Positions 25,168 through 34,894 of a stretch of 64,000 nucleotides of DNA are shown here, one piece after another (the first letter of the stretch is position 1; every line of letters starts with the position of its first letter). The notes beneath the pieces were generated by a model. The model was not told where the DNA came from. It did not search any database and saw only the letters and a program-made list of their open reading frames with translations. The translations under genes and the position numbers were made by a program. This DNA comes from an uncultured delta proteobacterium (lineage in GTDB: Bacteria; Desulfobacterota; Desulfobacteria; Desulfobacterales; UBA2156), in NCBI GenBank assembly GCA_963736855.1, contig CAVTQK010000020.1:1-64000 (forward strand), written 5' to 3'.

Positions 25168-26532
25168 TTATAATCCATGCTTTTTGACTTTTTTACTCAT
25201 GACGCTCTTGCCGATTCCTAAGAGATCGGCGGCGTCGGATTGCACGTTGTGGCAGCGCCGCAATGCCCTCTCAAGCATCTTGCATTCGATCAGATCCAAT
25301 GTTTCTTCCAACTTAGCCTTTTCCGGGATGGCATCAAAAAAATCCGCTTGGTCGGCTCCGTTTCGGATTTCTGTAGGAAGGTCGGCTGCGCGGATCGTGT
25401 TCGACGGGCAAAGGATCACGGCTCGCTCAATAACATTTTCGAGTTCTCGGACGTTTCCCGGCCACGCGTAATCGTAAAACAGCCGTCCCACTTCCGGGTC
25501 TATCCCTGTAATAGGCGTCCCGGTCTTACGTTCCGAGGCGTACTTCTGAACGAAGTGATCCATAAACAGGGGGATGTCTTCCCGGCGCTCTCTCAAGGGA
25601 GGGATGACGATGGCGATGACATTGAGGCGGAAAAACAAATCCTCCCGGAAACGTCCGGAAGCCGTCTCTTCTTTCAGGCGTTTGTTGGTGGCCACGACAA
25701 GACGGATATCAACCGGAATCGGTTTCGTTCCCCCTACTCGCTCGAAGCACTTCTCCTGAAGCACTCGCAGCAGTTTGACTTGAAGGTTCGCCGACAATTC
25801 TCCGATCTCGTCTAAAAAAAGCGTTCCCTTGTCCGCCAACTCGAATCTTCCCTTCTTCATTGACACGGCCCCCGTGAAAGCACCCCTCTCATGGCCGAAC
25901 AGCTCACTCTCCAGGAGGGATTCAGCCAAGGCGCTGCAATTCACGGCGATGAAAGGCTCCTCCCGTCGGGGACTGTTGAAATGAATCGACCGTGCCACAA
26001 GCTCCTTTCCGGTTCCGCTTTCCCCCTCGATGAGGACCGTAGCGGCCGTCGTCGCCACTTTTTCGATCATCTCGAAGACCCGTCTTATGGCCTTGCTTTT
26101 CCCGATAAGATTTCCGAAGCCGTACCGGTGGGCCATATCACTTTTGAGCCGCCGGTTTTCCTTGATGACCCGATATAATGCACATGCTTTTTTCGCATAA
26201 AGGATCATGCGATCGTTGTCGAAGGGTTTCAGGATATAACTGAAGGCCCCTTTCTCCATGGCTTCCACCGCCTTTTCCACGGTTCCGTAGGCGGTCATCA
26301 TGATCACCGGCAACTCGGGATCGAGGGCCTGGATCCGCTCCATGAGCTCGATGCCGCCCATGCCGGGCATCTTCATGTCGGTTAACACCAGGTCCACATC
26401 CGAGTTCCTGAGAACTTCCAGGGCCTCCGGGCCGCTGTTGGCGGCCAGGGTTTCATATCCCTCTTCTTCCAGTATGGCGCCGAGTACCGGCGGGTAATTT
26501 TTTTCGTCGTCGACGATCAGGATGGTTTCCAT
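25168..26532 (-). CDS. Sigma-54-dependent response regulator (NtrC family)
   Basis: Receiver domain, GESGTGKE, intact GAFTGA, WPGNVREL and a Fis-type HTH; start METILIVDDE. Confidence 0.93.
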   Translation of the reverse strand: METILIVDDEKNYPPVLGAILEEEGYETLAANSGPEALEVLRNSDVDLVLTDMKMPGMGGIELMERIQALDPELPVIMMTAYGTVEKAVEAMEKGAFSYILKPFDNDRMILYAKKACALYRVIKENRRLKSDMAHRYGFGNLIGKSKAIRRVFEMIEKVATTAATVLIEGESGTGKELVARSIHFNSPRREEPFIAVNCSALAESLLESELFGHERGAFTGAVSMKKGRFELADKGTLFLDEIGELSANLQVKLLRVLQEKCFERVGGTKPIPVDIRLVVATNKRLKEETASGRFREDLFFRLNVIAIVIPPLRERREDIPLFMDHFVQKYASERKTGTPITGIDPEVGRLFYDYAWPGNVRELENVIERAVILCPSNTIRAADLPTEIRNGADQADFFDAIPEKAKLEETLDLIECKMLERALRRCHNVQSDAADLLGIGKSVMSKKVKKHGL

Positions 26533-27959
26533 AAAGCATCCCCCGGTCTCACCGGCAATATCATCGTCACTATGGCACCGCCGGCGGATCTGTTTTCGAT
26601 TTGGACCGTTCCCTCGTGGGACTCGATGATCGTTTTCACGACGCCAAGTCCCAGGCCTGTCCCCTTCTCCTTTGTGGTGAAAAACGGAGACCACACCTTT
26701 GTTAAAAACTCCGGGGCAATCCCCTGCCCCTCATCCTCGATGACGACGATCACCCGTTTTTCTTTCGAGGAGACCGTCACCCGAATCGTCCCCCCTTGCG
26801 GCATGGCCTGGATAGCATTGATCATAAGGTTCAAAAAGGCCTGATGGAGCATGGCGGCATCCGCCAGAATCTCCGGGAGGTTCTCCGCAAAGACGGTTTC
26901 AACCAGGCATTTCTGCTGTTCCAGTTGGAGGGATAAAAGCTGTACGGTCTTTTCGATCACCTCTTCCACCCGGAATAAAGACAAATTAGGGACTTTGGGT
27001 TTGGCAAATTTGAGAAAATCGGTGATGATGGTATTCAGCCGCGTGGCTTCTTCCACGATGATGTCGGGTAAAGCGGTCATGTTTCCGGAAGCCGGCTGTT
27101 TCTTTTTCAAAAGCTCGGCTGAGCTTTTTATGATACCTAATGGGTTGCGGATTTCGTGGGATACCGCAGCTACCATCTCTCCCAGGGAAGACAGGTGTTC
27201 GGCCCGGCTGAGCTGCTCTTTAAGCCGGATCCGTTCCTGGGCTCGTCCTTCGATGATTCCCTCTCCTCTTTTGACGATGAAAAGGAGCACCAGGAACAAA
27301 ACTCCCATGACGACAGCCGACGTCGTTATGACCCGGACCTGAAACCGCAAAATGGTGTGATAGTCCTCTGAGATATCCTGTACGATTTCGGCCACGCCCA
27401 TGATGGGTCCCGATATCCTGGAAACAGGCATCTGCGCCCTTAACGGCGAAACCGTGGTGAGCTTGCTTTCCTTCGGAAATCCGGCGAATATCTCGATGAA
27501 GCTGCCCCTGTGGGACAGCTTGGAGGTCACTTTCCCTTTCCGGGCATCCTCGTAGGTAGTCCCGCCGACATTTTCCTTTCCGACCATGCGCCGGTCGAAG
27601 CTGTAGGAGATGATGTTATTCATACCGTATATATGAATCATATCCACCTTGAAGCTGTGGAGGGTACTCCGTACCAGGTTGTCCATCCACTCGAACTGCT
27701 CCTCATCCCTCAGCTGAATCTTGCCATATTTCCCCACGGCGGGAAGGATAAACTGCGCAAAGATCTGGCGGTTGAGGTTATCGATGATGCTCAGGGCATA
27801 GGCTTCACTCTTTTTAAGCTGCATCTGCCTGGCCCACTGGATATTGGCAAAAGACAGCGCCACGGTCCCGATGAAGATGACAATCAGGCTGGTGAACGTG
27901 AAATACTTGACGAGTCGGAAAGGCTTAACTTTTTCCTGTTTTTCAAGATTTCTTTTCAT
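26517..27959 (-). CDS. Two-component sensor histidine kinase
   Basis: Two TM segments; SHEIRNPL, NAIQAM, DEGQGI and GTGLGL motifs. Confidence 0.92.
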   Translation of the reverse strand: MKRNLEKQEKVKPFRLVKYFTFTSLIVIFIGTVALSFANIQWARQMQLKKSEAYALSIIDNLNRQIFAQFILPAVGKYGKIQLRDEEQFEWMDNLVRSTLHSFKVDMIHIYGMNNIISYSFDRRMVGKENVGGTTYEDARKGKVTSKLSHRGSFIEIFAGFPKESKLTTVSPLRAQMPVSRISGPIMGVAEIVQDISEDYHTILRFQVRVITTSAVVMGVLFLVLLFIVKRGEGIIEGRAQERIRLKEQLSRAEHLSSLGEMVAAVSHEIRNPLGIIKSSAELLKKKQPASGNMTALPDIIVEEATRLNTIITDFLKFAKPKVPNLSLFRVEEVIEKTVQLLSLQLEQQKCLVETVFAENLPEILADAAMLHQAFLNLMINAIQAMPQGGTIRVTVSSKEKRVIVVIEDEGQGIAPEFLTKVWSPFFTTKEKGTGLGLGVVKTIIESHEGTVQIENRSAGGAIVTMILPVRPGDALWKPS

Positions 27960-28114
27960 ATACTACGAACACCATTACATTCTCGATGCGATGCATAGGC
28001 GGCGGATACTGAAACGGGTTCACCCTCTCCGGAATGGACTGCACTCTTGCCATCTCCCGGCGACCGATCCGTCCGGATGACACAAACGGAAAACGAGCTG
28101 CATCTACCGGGAAA

Positions 28115-29710
28115 TCAATTGGTGGGGATGGGAATCTTGGTGATAAGGGTTTTTATGTCCTCATCGGCAAAGTGTATCCCGGCCCCCAGGAAAAAAGATT
28201 CCTCCCCATTATCGTTGATGAAATCATCATAACCAGCGGTGATGTAGATGTGACTGATGGGCGAGAAATTGGCGGTGAATTTCAAGTGGGGGTTATCCTC
28301 CCAGTCAAAGTCGAAGGCTTCCAGGGAAAGGGTGAGGCGGTCATTGAAAAGATAATAATCGATCCCGACACCCCCCGTCGATTCAAAGAAACCGCCCCGC
28401 AATCCCAAGTTGTAATACCGTTTGGCGATCTGGGCGGAGAATTTCAACTCGTCTTCCAGCTCGGTCCGCTCCTCTTCGACAATCCGACCGTCCACCTCGC
28501 GGGTGATGCGGGTCACTTTTTTCTTTCCCGCCGGATCATCCACGACTTGAACCAGGTAGTACTTATCCTCCTTGGGCTGAATGCGGAGGGTAAAATACGA
28601 TTTCGCCCATTCTTGATCAAAAAGGTATTCGGCCCGGTAGTCGAGGTAGGTTCTGAAGGTCTCCTGCTTCAGAAGATAATCGTTGATTCCGGTCAGCGCC
28701 GTGTTGATCTTATCCACGGTCTCTTCATCGTTGATAAGCTTGCCGATGGATCCCTCGCCCCGGTTGATCTTGTCCGAAATCGCCTGCACGGAAGCCAGGG
28801 TCTCGTCGAGTCTTGAGATGGTATCATCTTCGTTGATGAGCCTGCCGAGGGTCCCTTTCCCTTGGTTGATCTTCTCGGAGATCTCGCGCAAGGAGGCCAG
28901 GGCTGCGTTGAGATGGTCCACCGCTTCCTCTTCACCGAGAAGCCTCCCGATGCTTCCTTTGCCCTCGTTGATACGGGTAACGATCCGGTTCATTCCGTCC
29001 ATGAGGGTCCCGAGCCGATCGGAGGCCTGGCTTAAGTTCCCCACGATCTTTTTAACATCGTCGGTATTCACACCCCCCAATGCTTTTAAAGTCTTCGAAA
29101 AATCGGAGAGATTGGCGATGATGAGATCGATGTTGTCCCGATTTTCCTGAACGGTGCTGTTCAGAGTACTGATCATCTCCTTGAAATCCCCGAAAATTTC
29201 CTTGAGGGTGGCCTCCCCTTCGGCCCCTCCCAGGACCTGGGCCAACGAACCGGTCAGTTTCTTGATGTCGGTGGCCACATCCTGAAGGGTCCCCATGAGC
29301 GAATCGAGATCCATGGCCGGTTCCGTACGTAACAAACGTTCCCCCGGCCGGATATCCGGGGCCGTCTCGGATCCCGCATCTAGCGCGATGAATTTGTCGC
29401 CTAAAATCCCCCGGGTCCGGATCACGGCCTTGGCATCCTTTTTAATCTGGACATCCGGTTTGATCCTTAAAGTCACTCGGGCCTTCCCGTCCTTAAGGGA
29501 AATATCGCGCACCCGGCCCACTTCAACGCCGGCGATCTCCACCGGTACATCCGGAGACAGGCCCGAGACCGAGTCGAAAAAGACCTCGATGTCGTATCCT
29601 TTTTCCCGGGTGAAGCTGAGTTTTCCCACCTTCATGGCCATATACCCCAGGATAAAAATCCCGAGGACCACGAAAAAACCGACCTTTGCCTCAACTGTCA
29701 ATTTGGACAT
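28115..29710 (-). CDS. mlaD: Long MlaD/MCE protein with helical repeats and a C-terminal barrel-like domain
   Basis: EAKVG TM anchor; MCE motifs (GL..D.PV.IAGVEVGRV, GILGDKFI); three IN.G.G..G.L repeats; aromatic beta-strand C-terminus. Confidence 0.88.
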   Translation of the reverse strand: MSKLTVEAKVGFFVVLGIFILGYMAMKVGKLSFTREKGYDIEVFFDSVSGLSPDVPVEIAGVEVGRVRDISLKDGKARVTLRIKPDVQIKKDAKAVIRTRGILGDKFIALDAGSETAPDIRPGERLLRTEPAMDLDSLMGTLQDVATDIKKLTGSLAQVLGGAEGEATLKEIFGDFKEMISTLNSTVQENRDNIDLIIANLSDFSKTLKALGGVNTDDVKKIVGNLSQASDRLGTLMDGMNRIVTRINEGKGSIGRLLGEEEAVDHLNAALASLREISEKINQGKGTLGRLINEDDTISRLDETLASVQAISDKINRGEGSIGKLINDEETVDKINTALTGINDYLLKQETFRTYLDYRAEYLFDQEWAKSYFTLRIQPKEDKYYLVQVVDDPAGKKKVTRITREVDGRIVEEERTELEDELKFSAQIAKRYYNLGLRGGFFESTGGVGIDYYLFNDRLTLSLEAFDFDWEDNPHLKFTANFSPISHIYITAGYDDFINDNGEESFFLGAGIHFADEDIKTLITKIPIPTN

Positions 29711-29752
29711 ATTGTATCTGCCGTTAGGAATTGTTGGCTTGATATCCGGCGG

Positions 29753-30499
29753 CTAATAGATGCCGTCTTTTTCAGATGCTTCTCCCCTGATGAAACGTTG
29801 CACGAAGGCGTGCGGCGAATTCCGGATCCGATCCGGTTCACCGAACTCGATTATTTTTCCTTCATATAGCATGGCGATGTTGTGGGCAATCTTAAATGTG
29901 GAGGCGATGTTGTGGGTAATCACCACGCAGGTGGCCCGTGTATGTTTTTGGGTATGGATAATGAGGTTGTCGATGGCATCGCTCATGATGGGATCCAGGC
30001 CGGTGATGGGCTCATCAAACAGGATGATCTTGGGATCCAGGGCGATGGCCCTGGCCAATCCCGCACGCTTGCGCATTCCCCCGGAAAGCTCGGAAGGCAT
30101 CTTTTCAGTCGCACCCTTGAGCCCAACCTGCTCCAGTTTCTCTTCCACGATGCGCCGGACCTCCTTTTTCGGCAGGCGTGTATGCTCCCTCAGGGGGAAG
30201 GCCACATTCTCTCCCACAGTCATGGAATCGAAGAGGGCTGCATCCTGGAAAAGCATCCCGAACTGCTTCCGGACCTCGTTGAGTTCCCGGTCGTTGAGCT
30301 TGGTGATGTCCGTGCCATTGATGTAAATCTCTCCGTAATCCGGCTTCATGAGGCCGATGATATGCTTGAGGATCACGCTCTTTCCCGAGCCGCTCTGCCC
30401 TAGTATGACGGTAATTTTTTCAGCAGGGATTTCCAGCTCCAAGCCGTCCAAGACTCTTTGTCTTCCGAAGCTCTTGGTAACACCGGAAAGGCGAATCAT
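29753..30499 (-). CDS. mlaF: Mla/Mce ABC transporter ATPase
   Basis: GQSGSGKS, LFQDAALFDSMTV and LSGGMRKR motifs. Confidence 0.92.
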   Translation of the reverse strand: MIRLSGVTKSFGRQRVLDGLELEIPAEKITVILGQSGSGKSVILKHIIGLMKPDYGEIYINGTDITKLNDRELNEVRKQFGMLFQDAALFDSMTVGENVAFPLREHTRLPKKEVRRIVEEKLEQVGLKGATEKMPSELSGGMRKRAGLARAIALDPKIILFDEPITGLDPIMSDAIDNLIIHTQKHTRATCVVITHNIASTFKIAHNIAMLYEGKIIEFGEPDRIRNSPHAFVQRFIRGEASEKDGIY

Positions 30500-31269
30500 C
30501 AGAACATCACCGCGGTCAAGAAAAAATCACTGATGAATATGGAAACCGTGGAAACCACCACGGCCTGGGTCGCGGACCGGCCCACTCCCTCGGCTCCTCC
30601 CGTAGTATAGAACCCTTTGTAACAGCTCACCACCGACAGGATCAATCCGAAACAGGCGGATTTGATGAGGCCGTTGAAGATGTCACCCAGTTTCACCATT
30701 TCGTATATCCGGGCCATAAAAATCCCGGAGTTGATATCCAGCAACCGGACTCCGACGAAATATCCGCCCACGATGCCGATGAAGTCCGCCACGATGGTCA
30801 AAACCGGGAGCATCAGGATGCCGGCCAGGATACGGGGCATGACGAGAAACTGCACCGGGTTGACGGACATGGCGTAAAGGGCATCGATCTGCTCCTTAAC
30901 CCTCATGGTACCGATCTCGGCGGCCATGGCTGAACCTGCCCTGCCGGTGACCATGAGGGCGGTGAAGACCGGCCCGATCTCCCGGGTCAGGGACAAGGCC
31001 ACCGTGGCTCCCACGAGTCCTTCGCCGCCGAACATCCTGAAACCATAATAGGACTGAAGCGCCAGAACCATCCCGGAGGAAATGGCCGTGATCAAAACCA
31101 CGGTGAGGGAATTTACCCCCACCGTTTCCATCTGTTTGAAAATGACACGCAGTCGAAATGGGGGTCTAAAGGCCCAGGCCCCTGCTGAAAAAAAGAGAAG
31201 CACGGTCCGACCGAACTCCTCCAGGATTCCGAGAAACGGCCGGCCTGCATATTCGAAGAATTTCACCAT
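30499..31269 (-). CDS. mlaE: Mla/Mce ABC transporter permease
   Basis: REIGPV, GRAGSAMAAEIGTM...EQIDAL and GAEGVG motifs. Confidence 0.93.
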   Translation of the reverse strand: MVKFFEYAGRPFLGILEEFGRTVLLFFSAGAWAFRPPFRLRVIFKQMETVGVNSLTVVLITAISSGMVLALQSYYGFRMFGGEGLVGATVALSLTREIGPVFTALMVTGRAGSAMAAEIGTMRVKEQIDALYAMSVNPVQFLVMPRILAGILMLPVLTIVADFIGIVGGYFVGVRLLDINSGIFMARIYEMVKLGDIFNGLIKSACFGLILSVVSCYKGFYTTGGAEGVGRSATQAVVVSTVSIFISDFFLTAVMF

Positions 31270-31644
31270 GTCGATTTTCAAATCAACCATCTGAAAATGA
31301 ATTGGCTCGGTTATAGGGAATACACCCACCAAAGTCAAGGTGGTACACCCTGCCCATCAGGCGCTTTGCGCCATGATGCATCGTGGCTTTGGATCGCCGG
31401 AAAATAAATTCCGGTCTTTGCGGGCATTTTTTCGCATACAAATATCAAAAAATAGGATAGATACCATCAAGATATGGTATATTGGGGTTAAATGGGCTAC
31501 AAGATCCTGTAACTAAATATAATTAATGCTAATTATCGAAAATTTATCTTGACTTTGATGTTTTTTAATGATTGAGTTCGCCTTAACGATTTTGGGAACC
31601 GCTCTTTACAATTCTTATTGATTCTTAAAACAACCAGGGTTAAA

Positions 31645-31842
31645 GTGAAAAAAAACGCGCTTAAAAAATTCCGCGAATCGCTTTTGCTCAGCAAAGCCGA
31701 ATTGGCGAGAATGGCCAAAATATCTCCCATCACCCTGTCGAGAATCGAGAGAGGATTGTCCTGCCGTATGGAAACCAAGCGCAAGATCATCCTGGCCTTG
31801 GGTCTGGATCTATCCGAAAAATGCAAGATATTCGAGGAATAG
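31645..31842 (+). CDS. XRE-family HTH transcriptional regulator
   Basis: LSKAELARMAKISPITLSRIERG; immediately upstream of pilM. Confidence 0.85.
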   Translation: MKKNALKKFRESLLLSKAELARMAKISPITLSRIERGLSCRMETKRKIILALGLDLSEKCKIFEE

Positions 31843-31851
31843 GGTGACGCC

Positions 31852-32910
31852 ATGATGCTGAGCAAAAAGACCCACCTCATCGGCCTGGATATCGGATCCC
31901 GGACTATCAAAGCCGCCGAGGTGATCCAGCTCAAAGGAAGCCTCAGCTTAAAGAAGTTCGGTATGATACAAATCGCCCCGGGTGCCATTGAAGAAGGGAC
32001 CATCCGGGATCACGAGACGGTGGTCGGGGCCATTCAGAAACTCTTTTCCGAAAACCATTTCAAGGTCAAGAACGTCGCCACTTCCATCGGCGGATATTCC
32101 GTCATCGTCAAGAAAATCAACATCCAGAACATGCCTGAAGAACAACTCCAGGACACCATCGCCTTCGAGGCGGAACAATACATCCCCTTCGACATCAACG
32201 ACGTGAACCTCGATTTTCAGATTTTAGGGGAAAATGAAACCAATCCGAACCAGATGAGCGTTCTTCTGGTGGCGGCCCGGAAGGACATGATCGACGAATA
32301 CGTCAGCCTCATCGACCTGGCCGGTTTAAACCCCTGCGTGGTCGACGTGGATGCCTTCGCCCTCCAGAATTGTTACGAAGCCAATTATCCATCCGAGGAC
32401 GGGTCCAATGTGGCCCTCATCGATATCGGGGCCAGCAAAACATCCCTTAATATCCTCAGGGGCACCACCTCCGAGTTCATCCGCGACATCTCCTCCGGAT
32501 GCGATCAGATCAACACCCAGATCATGTCGGCTTTCAATTGCACCTTCGAGGAGTCCGAGAGGCTCAAGTTCGGAAAAGCACCCGACAACCGGTCAGCCGA
32601 AGAGGTGGAAGATATTGTTCATTCGGTGGTGTCCGAATGGAGCCGGGAAGTCCGGAGAGCGCTCGATTTTTATTACTCCTCATTCCCGGAAAATCAGATT
32701 CAACAAATCTTGCTCAGCGGGGGAGGGGCCAACGTCAAGTCGTTCCAGAAACTGATCGCCGAAGAGGCCCAAACGCAAGTGAACACCCTGAATCCTTTCG
32801 CCAATGTGTCCGCCGAAACGATTCCGGGAGGTACGGAGAGCCTGAACCGGATCGGCCCCCAGGCCGCCATCTGCTTGGGACTGGCCCTCAGGAGAATGGA
32901 CGACAAATGA
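31852..32910 (+). CDS. pilM: Type IV pilus assembly protein PilM
   Basis: GLDIGS, EAEQYIPF, IDIGA and LSGGG motifs. Confidence 0.95.
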   Translation: MMLSKKTHLIGLDIGSRTIKAAEVIQLKGSLSLKKFGMIQIAPGAIEEGTIRDHETVVGAIQKLFSENHFKVKNVATSIGGYSVIVKKINIQNMPEEQLQDTIAFEAEQYIPFDINDVNLDFQILGENETNPNQMSVLLVAARKDMIDEYVSLIDLAGLNPCVVDVDAFALQNCYEANYPSEDGSNVALIDIGASKTSLNILRGTTSEFIRDISSGCDQINTQIMSAFNCTFEESERLKFGKAPDNRSAEEVEDIVHSVVSEWSREVRRALDFYYSSFPENQIQQILLSGGGANVKSFQKLIAEEAQTQVNTLNPFANVSAETIPGGTESLNRIGPQAAICLGLALRRMDDK

Positions 32911-33510
32911 TTCGGATCAACCTGCTTCCCTATCGAGAAAAGCGAAAGAAGGAAAACGTCCGGCGACAGGTTTCCATTTTCGCCCTGTCCTTCATCTTTT
33001 TTCTGTTTGCCCTGTTTTATCTTCAAAAGTTTTTAAACGATAAAATCCAAACAAAAAAAGTCGAGATCACCTCGACAAAAAATGAGCTGGTCAAATATGA
33101 CGCTATCAACAAGGAGATCGACGAAATCACCAAAAAGCTCGATGTCCTGCAGAAAAAAACGACGGTCATTCAAAACCTTCAACTTCAACGCCACAAAGCC
33201 GTTCAGCTTCTGGATATGATGACCCGAGCCATCATCGCCAAGCGGATGTGGTTCACTCGCCTCGAATCGGGAATCGATACGGTCACCATCGACGGCATCG
33301 CCCTCGACAACAAGACCGTGGCCGATTTCATGACCAATCTGGAGAACACGCGATTGTTTGCCGCCGTAAACCTGAAAAGCATCCGCCAGGAAACGATCCG
33401 GGAGAAAAACATCAACCTAAAAAAATTCGAGATTGTCTGTAATCAAGCCCCATCTGCCCTCTGCGGCGGGCACGACAGAAAAAGCGGGCACGACAGAGAA
33501 GAAGAAATGA
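32907..33510 (+). CDS. pilN: Type IV pilus assembly protein PilN (apparent 1-nt indel near 3' end)
   Basis: MIRINLLP N-terminus. A natural C-terminus SAAGTTEKAGTTEKKK* lies in the +1 frame and ends in an ATGA overlap with pilO. Confidence 0.88.
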
Positions 33511-34130
33511 AAAAATTCGATATTTCGGAAAAGATCGTCACCCCGATTATCGGCTCGGTTTCCCGGCTGACGAAGGTTCAAAAAATTCTGATCGCTGCAG
33601 GACTTTTCGTCCTTGTGGGCGGTGGAATCACGTACTTTTCCTACTTTCCGAAATACAAAGAGATCACCAACCTGACCAAGGAGCACATGAAACTGGAACA
33701 GGACCTGGCCCGATCCAAACGAAAGGCCGCGGAAATCGACTCCCACCGCAAGAAGATGGAAATTGCTGAAAAAGAGTTCCGGCAGGCCCTCCAGGCGCTT
33801 CCGGAAAAAACGGAAATCCCATCTTTGCTTACCAATGTATCCCGCTCGGGGCAAGCCAGCGGACTGGAGTTTCTGCTCTTTCAGCCCCAGACAGAGGTGG
33901 GAAAAGAATTTTATGCGGAAATTCCCGTATCGATGCAGGTGGATGGAAATTATCACAATGTGGGCATGTTTTTCGACAAAGTGTCCAGGCTTTCCCGAAT
34001 CGTCAATATCCAAGACATCAAGATGAACGCCCAGAACAGCCCGCTGCCTCTGCGAACCTCCTGTACGGCAGTCACCTATCGTTTCGTGGAAGCGCCGCCT
34101 CCGAAAAAAGAGGAGCCCAAGAAAAAATAG
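33507..34130 (+). CDS. pilO: Type IV pilus assembly protein PilO
   Basis: LPEKTEIPSLL, FYAEIPV, GNYH..G.FFD.V..L.RIVN and TYRF motifs. Confidence 0.92.
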   Translation: MKKFDISEKIVTPIIGSVSRLTKVQKILIAAGLFVLVGGGITYFSYFPKYKEITNLTKEHMKLEQDLARSKRKAAEIDSHRKKMEIAEKEFRQALQALPEKTEIPSLLTNVSRSGQASGLEFLLFQPQTEVGKEFYAEIPVSMQVDGNYHNVGMFFDKVSRLSRIVNIQDIKMNAQNSPLPLRTSCTAVTYRFVEAPPPKKEEPKKK

Positions 34131-34891
34131 TGATGCGCAACCTAAAAGACCGATCAAGCCCAAGACGATACAACCCATTTCTATCACCAATGGTGATTGC
34201 CGTGGGTATCCTCTTTCTGGCAGGTTTATTCTCAGGGTGTGACTCGAAAACCAGCACCCCTCAGACGCCCCAGGTCGTCACCAAAAAGCTGGTTCAGGAA
34301 AAAGCACCGGATTCGACGGCAGTAATAGTAAAGCCAGTCAAAACCGAAACCAAAGAAACAGCGGAAGCGGCTAAAGCCATACCGACACCGACACCGGCCC
34401 CGACACCGGCTAAAGAAGAAACGGTGCAGCCTTCCCAAGAACCTCCCGGAACCCAACCTGCGCCGAAGCCCGCCGACGTCCTGGCCGCCCTTGGAACGGC
34501 CATCCAGGAATCCACCGTTTCTTCAGGCATCTCCTACAATCCGGAGGGGAAAATCGATCCCTTTGAACCCTTGTTCCGCCGGGAGCCCACAGAAAAGACC
34601 GCAAAAAAGAAAGCGCGCCAAGGGCCCCTCACACCCCTGGAGAGGGTGGACTTAAGCCAGCTCAAGCTCACCGGCGTGATCATGGCCCCCAGCGGGAGCA
34701 AGGCCCTCATCAGTGAGGCCTCCGGAAAAGCATACATCGCAAAAGAAGGAACCCTCATCGGGATGAACTCGGGCCGGATCATCCAGATCCTGAAAGATCG
34801 CATCATCGTGGAAGAAGAAGTCGAAGATATGATGGGAAACGTCACCTTACAAAAAAAAGAAATGACTCTTCAGAAACCCCCTGGAGAATAA
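34130..34891 (+). CDS. pilP: Type IV pilus assembly lipoprotein PilP
   Basis: Lipobox FSGC; YNPEGKIDPF and PLERVDLSQLKLTG motifs. Confidence 0.9.
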   Translation: MMRNLKDRSSPRRYNPFLSPMVIAVGILFLAGLFSGCDSKTSTPQTPQVVTKKLVQEKAPDSTAVIVKPVKTETKETAEAAKAIPTPTPAPTPAKEETVQPSQEPPGTQPAPKPADVLAALGTAIQESTVSSGISYNPEGKIDPFEPLFRREPTEKTAKKKARQGPLTPLERVDLSQLKLTGVIMAPSGSKALISEASGKAYIAKEGTLIGMNSGRIIQILKDRIIVEEEVEDMMGNVTLQKKEMTLQKPPGE

Positions 34892-34894
34892 GAA

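Noticed and set aside
32499..34130. 543-aa ORF as a genuine single protein
   Set aside because: The N-terminal part is an out-of-frame overlap with pilM; the rest is pilN plus pilO joined by a probable indel.
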